From an uncultured Dehalococcoidia bacterium (GTDB taxonomy: Bacteria; Chloroflexota; Dehalococcoidia; Lucifugimonadales; UBA3495): a stretch of 64,000 bases of DNA. The stretch covers positions 720,880-784,879 of the forward strand of contig CATOSP010000002.1 in assembly GCA_951812625.1 (NCBI GenBank), given 5' to 3'. A model generated the notes under the pieces. That model saw only the letters and a program-made list of their open reading frames with translations, did not search any database and was not told where the DNA came from. The position numbers and the translations under genes are program-made. Of the stretch, positions 41,772 to 51,256 are shown piece after piece (the first letter of the stretch is position 1; every line of letters starts with the position of its first letter).

Positions 41772-43305
41772 GATGCTTGTCCCCGAAGTCTGCGCGGTGA
41801 GCTACAGCCGGGTATCCAGTGACCGCCAGGACGTGGAGCTGTCGATCTCAGGTTAGCAGCGGGCAATCCGGGAGTGGTCAGAAAAGAATGGCTACACCCT
41901 GGTCGGTGAGTACGTCGATGAGGCCGAGAGTGGGCGCATCGACACCAGGGACGGGTTTTCCCAGATGATCCGCGACGCCTGCGCTCCCAACCCAGGGTTC
42001 AGGACGATCCTGGTGTGGAAGCATGACAGGTTCAGCCGCCGGAGGGAGCACGCTGTCGTCTACAAGGCCCGCCTTCGGGACCGTGGCGTCAGGCTTGTCT
42101 CGATCAGTGAGCCTTCCGACGACACCCCGAGCGGGAGACTGCTGGAGGCCATCATCGAGGGGCTGGTCGAGTATTACTCGGAGAATCTTTCAGAGGACGT
42201 TGCCAGGGGAATGCGCGAGGCCGCACTTCGCGGCAACTTCTTCGGCCCCAAGGCTCCCTTCGGTTACAGGAGGGTCAAGACCCTGGACAGTAGTGGACGT
42301 GTACGCAACACGCTGGAGGTGGTCACGGAAGAGGCCGTGACGGTCCTGTACGTGTTCCAGTGTTCACTGGAGGGTAGAGGACTCAAGGAGATCGGCAAGG
42401 ACCTTGACTCCCGTGGCATCACCAACAGGGGGAGGCGATGGCACCGCAACAGTTTGCACTGGCTCCTGACCAACGAAGCCAGCACCGGGATGCTGGTCTG
42501 GGGACGGAGGCCAACGAGGGTGAGAAACCGGGACCCAGTACGCGTCGAGGGGGCTTGGCCCGCCATCGTCTCCAGGGAGATGTTCGACCAGGTCCAGCAG
42601 TGCCTGGCAGAGCGGGCTCCGGTGAAGAGGCCTGTCAGCCAAAGGCCCGTGTTCCTGCTGACCGGGCTGCTGACCTGTGGGAGTTGCGGCAACCAGTACA
42701 TGGTCCACGCGGCCAAGAGCAACCGCTACTTCTATTACGTTTGCAGGACATTACATCACTGGGGCGCGGGGGCCTGCCAGACCAATTACTTCAACGCTCC
42801 GGTGACGGACCAGGAGTTTGTCCGCCGGTTCACTCAGAGCTTGTCAAGCACTTCCGGCCTGTCGTGGCTGGCCGACTCCGCCACTGCTGAGGTGCGCGCT
42901 GCGGCCAATGACTACTCCAGCGTTCTGGACGAAGTAAAGACCACACTGGCAGGCATCGACCAACTCCTGGAGGAGAGCCGCGAACGGTTGGAGTCCCAAT
43001 CCCTGTCCACGGCGAGTACCCTGCCCCCTCTCTCCTTCCTGCAAAGCCGCAAAGAGCAGTTGACTGCCTTGCAGAATGAAGTCTCCCGGTCAGCAAGACG
43101 AATCGACCAGATGGCCGCATCTTACGGGGCCGATGGCGAGAAATACAGCATGGACGGGATGCTCCAGGAGTTCCTGGAGCGCTTGGCTGACGGCCCGGTC
43201 CTGGAACAGCGGGAGGCCATCAAACTGCTGGTCGAGCGGATTGTGGTCGATTGCAACGGCGAGTTTGACATCCAGACCAAGGTTCCCCTCTACATCCCAC
43301 CCTGA
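41772..43305 (+). pseudogene. large serine recombinase (resolvase-type catalytic domain, recombinase domain, zinc ribbon, coiled coil), inactivated at the 5' end
   Basis: The 5' end reads MLVPEVCAVSYSRVSS (catalytic-Ser motif YSRVSSDRQ). An extra G at 41820/41821 then shifts the frame. The continuing frame (DRQDVELSISG*QRAIREW) has an in-frame TAG at 41854-41856 where the conserved Gln of the S-I-x-x-Q motif is expected. The intact remainder (ORF 41965..43305) has the zinc ribbon CGSCGNQYMVH...YYVCRTLHHWGAGAC. Confidence 0.85.
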
Positions 43306-43337
43306 CCAGCCCGGTCGTATCCAGGGTGTTTTAATTG

Positions 43338-44169
43338 TCATGGTAGTCGGAACCCGAGGAGGTTCAGGGCGGCTAATGGTTTCCGAGCGTAGTGGCGTAA
43401 AGCGACGGTTATGTTCCGTGTCCCGGTCCGGTGAAGCAGGCCGGTCACCGAGTTGCGGAAGGCGGCCATTACTTGGGGAACCGCTCCGGTTAGCACTTGG
43501 CTCCGGTCTTCTATCGAAAGTCACATCCCGCACCCAATGCAGCCGGTTTTCAATTCGCCAGTGGCCCCCCGCCACAACCTGAGCAGTCTAGCCGGCCCTG
43601 CTTCCTCCGGAGTCAAGCCGGTGATGGCATAGGCCAGTTCCACCGTCCTTGTCCCCTTGCGGATGCGAGTCCGTTCCATACAACAGACTTCCCCCAAGCA
43701 TGGCCACTCCAATCAGCCGTTCAGGGCGGACGATTCTCGCAACCGGCGCCGTTCCTGCCGGTCCCCGTGCCTTCGCCTCTGGCCGGCCTTGGAGAATTCC
43801 TCGCCCCAGGAGGTTCGGCAAAAAGCAGGGATACCGCCTCTTTCACCGTGGGTTGATTATCTTTGAGCACCCATAAATAGCTTCCTCCCTGCTCTACCAC
43901 CTGACGACTCAAATCCCGCTGTGCGTACAGAGCGTCCCCAGTCACTACTTTCCCGGTCAGGTCCAAGCGGGACAGCAGGGCCGGGGCTGCCGTCTGTTCA
44001 CTCTCCTTGCGTTGGCTCCCCACCCCCCTTTTTGACCCAGAACCAAGCCGCTGCGGTGCCCGTAGGGCGCCACCAACCTGACCCCCGGCAGTTCATCCCC
44101 ATGAATCCCCCGCGCGCTTCTGGGGTCTGGCACCTCTTCCATCCCTTCTTCGTTCACTGTCCCCTCCAC
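43338..44169 (-). pseudogene. ISAs1-family DDE transposase remnant (several frame changes and an internal deletion)
   Basis: Minus-strand fragments appear in different frames. These include N-terminal EEVPDPRSARGIH and central ESEQTAAPALLSRLDLTGKVVTGDALYAQRDLSRQVVEQGGSYLWVLKDNQP. They also include VELAYAITGLTPEEAGPARLLRLWRG, C-terminal GHWRIENRLHWVRDVTF and EDRSQVLTGAVPQVMAAFRNSVTGLL...LNLLGFRLP*, with the stop (43338-43340) inside IRL. The total length is too short for an intact transposase. Confidence 0.7.
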
Positions 44170-44429
44170 TGCGTCAACTATCGGCTATTCATTCACCACT
44201 CTCTTATCCTCTCACCACAATTAGAAGACCCTGGGTTTACGCGGATTCCAACCTATTGTCTGGAGTTCAAAGATTCCTGCCCCGAAATGTTCCAATGGCC
44301 TGCCCAGTCTTTACACTCCACACAGGACAGGTGCAGAATTAACAGCAGAAGCACAACCAGCCCGGTCCAAAAAGACGCTGTAAGTCTCTGGCGTAGGACT
44401 TTCAAGAATTGAATTACGGAAGGGATGAC

Positions 44430-47400
44430 ATGAGACTCGACGGAGCAGGATCAGTCATTGCCATCGCACTGTTGAGCGTAACGCTGGTGACACTGGTCGC
44501 CAGCCTGGTCTTGACTTCCGAAACCCTAGCGGCGGGACATGCGCCGGATGTTTCGGTTACCCATGCAACCTCAGGCGCGACGGTACAGGTGAGAATTGAC
44601 TCTCCGGTGCCCTTGAGGGCCTCATTCAGCGAACCGGTCTTCGGGTTCGAAGTGAATGACATCACGGTGGTCAACGGCTCTGCCAGCGACTTTGCCGGTA
44701 GTGATGGCGACTCCGTCTATACCTTCAGTGTTACTCCGAACGCGGTCGGGACGGTGAGGGTTGATGTTGCCGCCGGAGTTGCCGAAGACGCCGACAGCAA
44801 TGGCAACACTGCGGCCGCTAGTTTCTACCTGGGTCTACCCTACGACGACGACCACGACGGCAAGATCGGTCGCCCAGAGGTCATTGAGGCGGTGGTGGAC
44901 TATTTCTCGGGGCATGTCACGAGGGATCATGTGATTGATCTGATCATACGCTACTTCAATGGGACCGCATCCCCCTCCGACCTAGTCGTCGGGATACCGT
45001 CGGTCAGTGACAGCAACCCGGCGGCGGGCGCCCCATTCACGCTGAGTGCTATGGTCGAGAATACTGGGGACGGGGAGTCGGAGGCAACGACGCTCCGTTA
45101 CTACCGGTCGACGGACGCGACGATCGATGGGTCGGACACGGAGGAGGGCACGGACGAGGTCGACGCGCTCGCGGCGGCGGGCGAGAGCACCCAATCAATT
45201 GATCTGACCGCGCCGTCGACACCCGGCGCCTACTACTACGGCGCGTGCGTAGACTCGGTGGCGGATGAGTCCGACACGACAAACAACTGTTCGGCGCCGG
45301 TGAAAGTGGATGTACAGGGTCTGGCGCCCAACCTACAAGTGGAGACGCCGTCGGTGAACGACGCGATCCCGGCTCCAAGTGGATCGTTTACGCTGTCGGC
45401 CACGGTGATCAACACGGGCAATGGAGCGTCGGTTTCCACGACGCTGCGTTACTATCGCTCCACCGATTCCACCATATCCACCGGCGATACGCAGGTGGGT
45501 ACAGACTCTATCGGCGCGCTCGCGGCTGCTGGCACGAGTGCGGAGTCGATCAATCTGACCGCGCCATCGACGGCGGGAACATACTACTACGGCTCGTGCG
45601 TGGACGCGGTGACCGACGAGTCCGACACGACAAACAACTGCTCGTCGTCGGTTAAGGTGGATGTGCTGGAAGTGCAGCAGCAGTCACAGGGCCAACCCGA
45701 TTTACATGTGGGTCCGCCGTCGGTGAGCGACAACTCCCCGACCGCGGGGGCGACATTCACGCTGTCAGCCACGGTGACCAATGCGGGCGACGGAGCGTCT
45801 GCGGCCACGACGCTCCGTTACTACCGCTCTACGGACTCAACGATCTCGACATCGGACACGCAGGCGGGAACGGATGCGGTTGGGGCGCTGGCGGCGTCCG
45901 GCACGAGCCCGGAATCGATCTCGCTGACCGCGCCGTCGACACCCGGCGCCTACTACTACGGCGCGTGCGTGGACTCGGTTACGGACGAGTCCGACACCAA
46001 CAACAACTGCTCGTCGTCTGTGACGGTCACGGTCGAGCCGCAGAGCAGCCCGGACCTGGTGGTGAGCAAGCCGGGTAGCGCTATGAATGTGAGGCCGGGG
46101 ACGACCTTCACCCTGTCGCCGACGGTGACGAACATCGGCGACGCGGAATCGTCTGCGACGACCCTGCGCTACTACAGCCGCTACTCCGGCAGGGAGGAGT
46201 ACGGGCAGGCCCCTATGGGGCAGGACACGGAGGTGGGTACCGACGCAATCGGCCCGCTGGCGCCGGGTGGCCAGAGTGACCAGTCCATAGAGTTGACCGC
46301 GCCTGTGACACTCGGCGACTACAATGGTGCCTACTACTACGGCGCTTGCGTGGACAAGGTGGCGGGCGAGCCCGCCACGACGAACAACTGCTCGAATCGC
46401 GTAGAGGTCTGGGTTCGGTTCCGGCCGGACCTGACGGTGTCGGTTTCGGCGCCTGCGAGGGTGAGTCCTGGGGCGTGGTTCCGTTTGTGGGCGACGATAA
46501 CCAACGAGGGCGACGCGGACGCCAGGAAATCTCCCAGGATACCGGTCCGCTACTATCAGTCGACCGACGCGACGATCACGACTTCGGATACGGACCTGTC
46601 AGGAGTGATTAGCTTCGGCACAGAACTCGCTGCCGGGAGTTCCAACACCGATGACTCCGGTGAGTACTTAAGAGCGTCTTCGACACCCGGCACTTACTAC
46701 TTCGGGGCGTGCGTAGGCACGGTGGCGAACGAATGGAGCACGACGAACAACTGCTCGGAGGCCGTGGAGGTGACGGTCAAGGGGTATCCAGACCTGGATA
46801 TCCTGGGTGGGAGCGGGTACACTCCTCCCCTTGTGCCAAGTGGGTCGTTCTACCTGACAGCGCGCCTGGAGAACGAGGGTGATGGCGAAGCCGCGGCCAC
46901 AACCCTCCGAGCCTACCGGTCCACGGATACTACTATCACGACATCTGACACGGAGCTGGCCACAAAGGAAATCGAGGCACACGCGCCTGGAGACATCACC
47001 CACCACCGGATCAACCTGACTGCGCCGGATACAGCCGGCACGTACTACTACGGCTCGTGTGTGGACGCGGTGACGGATGAGTCGGACACGACCAACAACT
47101 GTACGTTCGCTACAACGCTGGTAGTGCCGGTGCCCGCTCCGGACCTGACTGTGTGGGCCAAGCTGAGCAGAGTCCATAGCATTCTGGCCCCGGGAACACC
47201 CGTCACCCTATCGGCGACGGTGTTCAACGTGGGCGCCGAGGATACGGAGGCGACGACGCTCCGATACTACCGGTCGGATGACGGCCAGACGATCTCGAGT
47301 TCGGACACAGAGTTGGGCACCGAGTCGGTCGGCGCACTCGAAAGCGCCAATAATAGCGAGCATTCGATCGATATTACCGCTCCATTGAAGCCCGGCGACT

Positions 47401-48185
47401 ACGACTACGGCGCTTGTGTGGACACGGTTACGGGTGAGTTGGTCACCGATAACAACTGCTCGACGGGCAGGTGGATGAGGGTGACGGCGCCCGACCTGGA
47501 AGTGGGAACGCCGTCAGTGGATGACGCAAGCCCGGCCACGGGGGGGACCTTCACGCTGTCGGCCACGGTGACCAACACGGGTTACAGGGAGTCTGCGGAG
47601 ACGACGCTCCGCTACTACCGGTCTACGGACGCAACGGTCTCGACTTCGGACACGGGAGTGGGCACGGATTCGGTAGGCGCGCTCGACTGGTCCGACACCA
47701 GCGGCCAGTCAATCAATCTGACCGCGCCTGCGACGGCGAGGACGTACTACTACGGTGCGTGCGTGGACACGGTGACGTATGAGTACTACACGACTGACAA
47801 CTGCTCGTCGCCGGTGAAGGTGGATGTGGGGAATCCCACGCCCGATCTGGAGGTGGGGACGCCGTCCGTGAACAACGCGACCCTGGGGACGGAGGCGGCG
47901 TTTACCTTGTCTGCCACGGTGACCAATTCCGGCAACGGGGAGTCCCCCGGGACGACGCTGCGTTATTACCGGTCCACGGATGCGACGATCACGAGCGCGG
48001 ACACTGCGGTTGGCACCGACGCCGTGGGTATCCTCGTGCCGGCGGGCACCAGCGGCCAGTCAATCGATCTGACCGCGCCATCGACGGCGGGAACGTACTA
48101 CTACGGGGCGTGCATCGACTCGGTGACGGATGAGTCCGACACGACGGACAACTGTTCCGCATCGGTGCAGGTCGCGGTGACATAG
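44430..48185 (+). CDS. secreted/anchored protein with nine CARDB-like modules, an N-terminal Ig-like domain and an EF-hand/dockerin-like motif (passenger of the ISAs1 element)
   Basis: GGAAGGGA RBS before ATG 44430 (TTG 44409 is an alternative). Signal anchor VIAIALLSVTLVTLVASLVL. Nine ~115-aa modules of the form PDL.V..P.V.........FTLSATV.N.G...S..TTLRYYRSTD.TI...DT..GTD.V..L...G.S..SI.LTAP...G.YYYGACVD.V..ESDT.NNCS. The motif YDDDHDGKIGRPEVIEAVVDYFSG lies at 44841-44964. Confidence 0.85.
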   Translation: MRLDGAGSVIAIALLSVTLVTLVASLVLTSETLAAGHAPDVSVTHATSGATVQVRIDSPVPLRASFSEPVFGFEVNDITVVNGSASDFAGSDGDSVYTFSVTPNAVGTVRVDVAAGVAEDADSNGNTAAASFYLGLPYDDDHDGKIGRPEVIEAVVDYFSGHVTRDHVIDLIIRYFNGTASPSDLVVGIPSVSDSNPAAGAPFTLSAMVENTGDGESEATTLRYYRSTDATIDGSDTEEGTDEVDALAAAGESTQSIDLTAPSTPGAYYYGACVDSVADESDTTNNCSAPVKVDVQGLAPNLQVETPSVNDAIPAPSGSFTLSATVINTGNGASVSTTLRYYRSTDSTISTGDTQVGTDSIGALAAAGTSAESINLTAPSTAGTYYYGSCVDAVTDESDTTNNCSSSVKVDVLEVQQQSQGQPDLHVGPPSVSDNSPTAGATFTLSATVTNAGDGASAATTLRYYRSTDSTISTSDTQAGTDAVGALAASGTSPESISLTAPSTPGAYYYGACVDSVTDESDTNNNCSSSVTVTVEPQSSPDLVVSKPGSAMNVRPGTTFTLSPTVTNIGDAESSATTLRYYSRYSGREEYGQAPMGQDTEVGTDAIGPLAPGGQSDQSIELTAPVTLGDYNGAYYYGACVDKVAGEPATTNNCSNRVEVWVRFRPDLTVSVSAPARVSPGAWFRLWATITNEGDADARKSPRIPVRYYQSTDATITTSDTDLSGVISFGTELAAGSSNTDDSGEYLRASSTPGTYYFGACVGTVANEWSTTNNCSEAVEVTVKGYPDLDILGGSGYTPPLVPSGSFYLTARLENEGDGEAAATTLRAYRSTDTTITTSDTELATKEIEAHAPGDITHHRINLTAPDTAGTYYYGSCVDAVTDESDTTNNCTFATTLVVPVPAPDLTVWAKLSRVHSILAPGTPVTLSATVFNVGAEDTEATTLRYYRSDDGQTISSSDTELGTESVGALESANNSEHSIDITAPLKPGDYDYGACVDTVTGELVTDNNCSTGRWMRVTAPDLEVGTPSVDDASPATGGTFTLSATVTNTGYRESAETTLRYYRSTDATVSTSDTGVGTDSVGALDWSDTSGQSINLTAPATARTYYYGACVDTVTYEYYTTDNCSSPVKVDVGNPTPDLEVGTPSVNNATLGTEAAFTLSATVTNSGNGESPGTTLRYYRSTDATITSADTAVGTDAVGILVPAGTSGQSIDLTAPSTAGTYYYGACIDSVTDESDTTDNCSASVQVAVT

Positions 48186-48641
48186 CAGTCCGACATTGTT
48201 GCATTGACGGGTAAACCGGGAGTCCTTTCGTGGTGAGCTTGTCGAACCATGGGTGGACTGGGCTGATGATCCGGGACAATCAAAATCCCCTGCGGTCGTA
48301 TCCCGTTGCTGATGCTACCCGTGACGCTCGTGGTATGCTTCATGGGGAGCCCCAACTCAAAGCTCAGGAGGGTTTAGACCTCTACCATAACTCACCAGGA
48401 CCGCGAGTCTCCCTGCACTGCACAGTCCACTTTATGTAAATTCCCCAAGTTCGCCCCAATGTATGGTCGCCTGGCAGTAGATCAGAGTGAGAATCCCTAT
48501 ATGCCCAGTTTCGGGAAGCGCCCCTAGTAATCGGTCGAGTTCGAAAACAAAATTAGGAAATGGGTTAACTCGAGAGTCTCAATATGGTTGCAGCTTAGCC
48601 TCCCAGGCACACCCTTCTTTTGCAGACTTGACTGGGCACTA

Positions 48642-49860
48642 GTACTGGATCAAGTCAGGAATTAATGGGATAGAGGCGATTGAGTTTAGTTCGGGCGTCC
48701 TGGATGCCGAAGTGCCAGTTGACTCGGACTTGAGCCCGGTTTCTCTCTTGTTCCAGGGCGTGAATCTCCCTGCAGAGGGACTCCTCATCGGGGATGCGCT
48801 TTTTGAGGCAGCCGCGGGAGAAGACACTGAATTCGATCTCCGCCATATTGAGCCAGCTGCCATGCTTGGGGGTGTAGTGGAACTCCAGTCGCCGCGCCAT
48901 GCGCCGGGCCTCCTCCGCCGGAAAGGCCTGGTACAAAGACGCCTTGCGATGGGTATTGAGATTGTCCAATACCACCCGGACCACCGGCACATCGGGGTAG
49001 GCCTCGTCCACCAGCCAGCGCATCTGGTGAGCGAAGTCCACCGCGGTGCGCCGCTCCGTGACCGCCACATGCCGCCAGCCCGCCAGGGGCTCGATGCAAA
49101 GGAACAGGTTGCGGGTGCCCTCGCGCCGGTACTCGTAGTCCTCACGCTTGGGACGTCCCGGTTCTACCGGGATGGGCGGCCGGGCGTCGGACAGCAACTG
49201 GGTGGAGGTCTCGTCGAAGCAGACCACCGGCCTCTGGGGGTCGTAGGGTTCGGCGTAGAGGTCCAGGACATCCTCCATGGCCGCCACGAAGTCGGCGCTC
49301 ACCTCGGGAATGCACCACTGTTTCTTCCGCCACGGCTTGATTGTATTTTTTTCAAGTGCAGCCGCACCGTCTCGTACGACAGGGACTCAACCACCCCCAG
49401 TTCAACCATCCGGTCTGCCAGCAGGCGCAGGTTCCAGTGGTCGTGGCCCTCCGGGGCCGGACTGCAGGCCAAGGCAATCAGGCGGCCCTCGGCCCGGTCA
49501 TCCATCTTGCGGTACCGGTGGGCCTGGGGCCGGTCCTTGAGCACACCGTCCAGCCCGCCCTCGGCAAAGCGCCGCTTGACGTTGAACACCGTTCCCTGGG
49601 CCACGTCCAAGGCTTGGGCCACCTTGGGTGCCGACCAGCCCTCGTCGGTCTTCAGCAGGATGCGGGCCCGGTTGATAACTCTGGCGGAACCCTTTCCCGC
49701 CCGGATCATATGCTCCAGTTGGTTGCGCTCCTCCGGCGTCAACTGGACCGCAAACTTCTCCCTGACCACACCACCACCTCGCAACAGCACCTATTGCCAG
49801 CAGATTAGCACTGCCACCCGGTCCCCGGCTACAACTTCAAGACCAAGTTTGATTGAGTAC
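48642..49860 (-). mobile_element. IS630-family insertion sequence (1219 bp) flanked by TA
   Basis: Terminal inverted repeats are gtactggatcaa (48642...) and ttgattgagtac (...49860). TA lies immediately outside both ends (48640-48641 and 49861-49862). It encodes an IS630-type transposase. Confidence 0.8.
48655..49790 (-). CDS. IS630-family transposase (two overlapping frames joined by a -1 shift at an A7 run)
   Basis: OrfA (49299..49790) has a HTH region and ends ...RLHLKK. At the A7 run (T7 on the plus strand, 49346-49352) a -1 shift gives LKKNTIKPWRKKQWCIPEVSADFVAAMEDVLDLY..., continuous with OrfB (48655..49302, DDE region). The total length of 1136 nt equals 3n-1. Confidence 0.85.
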
Positions 49861-49907
49861 TAGGTCGACTCATGAGCGGCCCCTAATTCCCCACGAAGGA
49901 CAGGATA

Positions 49908-50411
49908 ATGAGTACACCAGAGGAGATTGAAGGGCGGGTGCGGGCGGTACTGGAAGAATTGGGCATCGCAGGCTGGGAGTGGATCGAGATCGATCCCCAG
50001 TACGGCGACACCGCGGACTTCTGCCAACAGTACGGGTATGACCTGCCCCATTCCGCCAATACGATCATCGTGGCCAGCAAGCGGGGGCCTGCGGTCTACT
50101 GCGCGGGTATCGTGCGGGCGTGCGACCGGCTGGATATCAACAAGCGGGTGCGTGGGCTGATGGGGGTGTCGAGGGCGTCGTTCGCCTCGGCGGAGGAGAC
50201 CCGTGAAGTAACGGGAATGATGATCGGCGGGGTTACGGCACTGGCGCTGCCGGAGGGGTTACCGATCTACGCTGACGTGCGCCTGCTGGAGATGGACTAC
50301 ATCATCCTTGGAGCGGGCAGCCGATCTGGTAAGCTGAAAATGGCGCCCCGGGAGCTGGAGAAACTTCCAGGTTTGGAGTTCATCGAGAGGTTGTCGATTT
50401 CGGTGGAGTGA
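49908..50411 (+). CDS. YbaK/EbsC-family aminoacyl-tRNA editing (deacylase) domain protein
   Basis: GAAGGACAGG RBS. The 167-aa sequence has the family-typical layout (...TIIVASKRGPAVYCAGIVRACDRLDINKRVRGLMG...REVTGMMIGGVTALALPEGLPIYAD...ILGAGSRSGKLKMAP). Confidence 0.7.
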   Translation: MSTPEEIEGRVRAVLEELGIAGWEWIEIDPQYGDTADFCQQYGYDLPHSANTIIVASKRGPAVYCAGIVRACDRLDINKRVRGLMGVSRASFASAEETREVTGMMIGGVTALALPEGLPIYADVRLLEMDYIILGAGSRSGKLKMAPRELEKLPGLEFIERLSISVE

Positions 50412-50517
50412 CGGCGGCGTGTTCGGGAATGCGTTCCGTTCAATCTGATTCAGTTTCGGCTCAAGGCAATATCGCCCCCACAACTACTCCGACTCGGGTC
50501 CCGCTAGCCTGTTAGGT

Positions 50518-50952
50518 CTGGCCGACTCCGCCACTGCTGAGGTGAGAGTTGCGGCCGGTCCCTACGCCAGCGTTCTGGACGAGGTGAAGACCACACTGGC
50601 GGGCATGGACCAGAGCCTGGGGGTGAGCCGCGAGACCGTGGAGTCCCATCCACACTCCTGGTGCCCCTTTTGCCCCGTATCTTCTTCCTGAGAAGCCGCA
50701 GGGAGCAGTTGGCGGCCTTGCAGAATGAGGTCCATCGCTCCTTTAGGATAGTCGACCAGATAGCCGCCCAATACGGGTTGGATGGCGGGAAACACAGCAT
50801 AGCCACGATGCTCCAGGAGTTCCGGGATGGCCTCGTTGATAGCCCGGTCCCTGATAAGCGAGACATCATCAAGCTGTTGGTCGAGCGGATTGTGGTCGAT
50901 TGCAGCGGCGAGTTTGACATCCAGACCAGAGTTCCCCTCTACATCCCACCCT
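50518..50952 (+). pseudogene. truncated second copy of the serine-recombinase 3' end
   Basis: Colinear at DNA level with 42868..43305, by eye roughly four-fifths identical. Identical blocks include ctggccgactccgccactgctgaggtg and ctggtcgagcggattgtggtcgattgca, and the encoded tail is KLLVERIVVDCSGEFDIQTRVPLYIPP. It lacks all upstream domains, and the stop TGA is changed to TGG. Confidence 0.75.
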
Positions 50953-51256
50953 GGCCAGGCTCGGTCGTGCCCTTCGCCAATGCTGCCCGTGACGATCGTG
51001 GTATGCTTAATGGGTAGCCCCCAAACTCGAAGCTCAGGAGGGTTTGAAGCTCTACCAAACTCATCTGCCTCCGAGTTCTTACATGCTCTGCACTGCCCAC
51101 CATCCTTGCGCAGTTCGATCGACAGAAGTCTGTTGGTCTCTAAATCCGTCGGTGGTTCGTGCCGGGGCACCACACCATGCGGCAAGAGTGACCGCCAAGG
51201 CATACTTAACTTTCGGAGAACGCAAGAACTCTTCATCTCGATGAAAGGGAGTTGAC

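Larger units (their letters stand above)
43322..48292 (-). mobile_element. ISAs1-family-derived element (4971 bp) carrying a passenger gene; 22-bp imperfect IRs, perfect 10-bp target-site duplication
   Basis: IRL is cagggtgttttaattgtcatgg (43322-43343). The reverse complement of the right end, caggggattttgattgtcccgg (48271-48292), matches it at 17/22 positions, and both start with CAGGG. The flanking direct repeat CGGTCGTATC occurs at 43312-43321 and 48293-48302. A paralogous uninterrupted target sequence exists at ~50953-50975. Confidence 0.7.

Noticed and set aside
41854-41856. In-frame TAG in the recombinase as evidence of stop-codon reassignment (for example pyrrolysine or an alternative genetic code).
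   Set aside because: TAG terminates several well-supported genes in the same window (698-700, 10530-10532, 21477-21479, 29740-29742). The same gene also carries a frameshift 35 nt upstream, so simple decay is the economical explanation.
48300-48400. tRNA or other structured-RNA gene in the conserved ~100-bp sequence downstream of the recombinase copies, and tRNA-like strings elsewhere (for example ggttcgattccc at ~27720).
   Set aside because: I could not fold a cloverleaf (no acceptor/T-arm pairing) around these strings. The 27720 match is inside a coding region. No tRNA is claimed.
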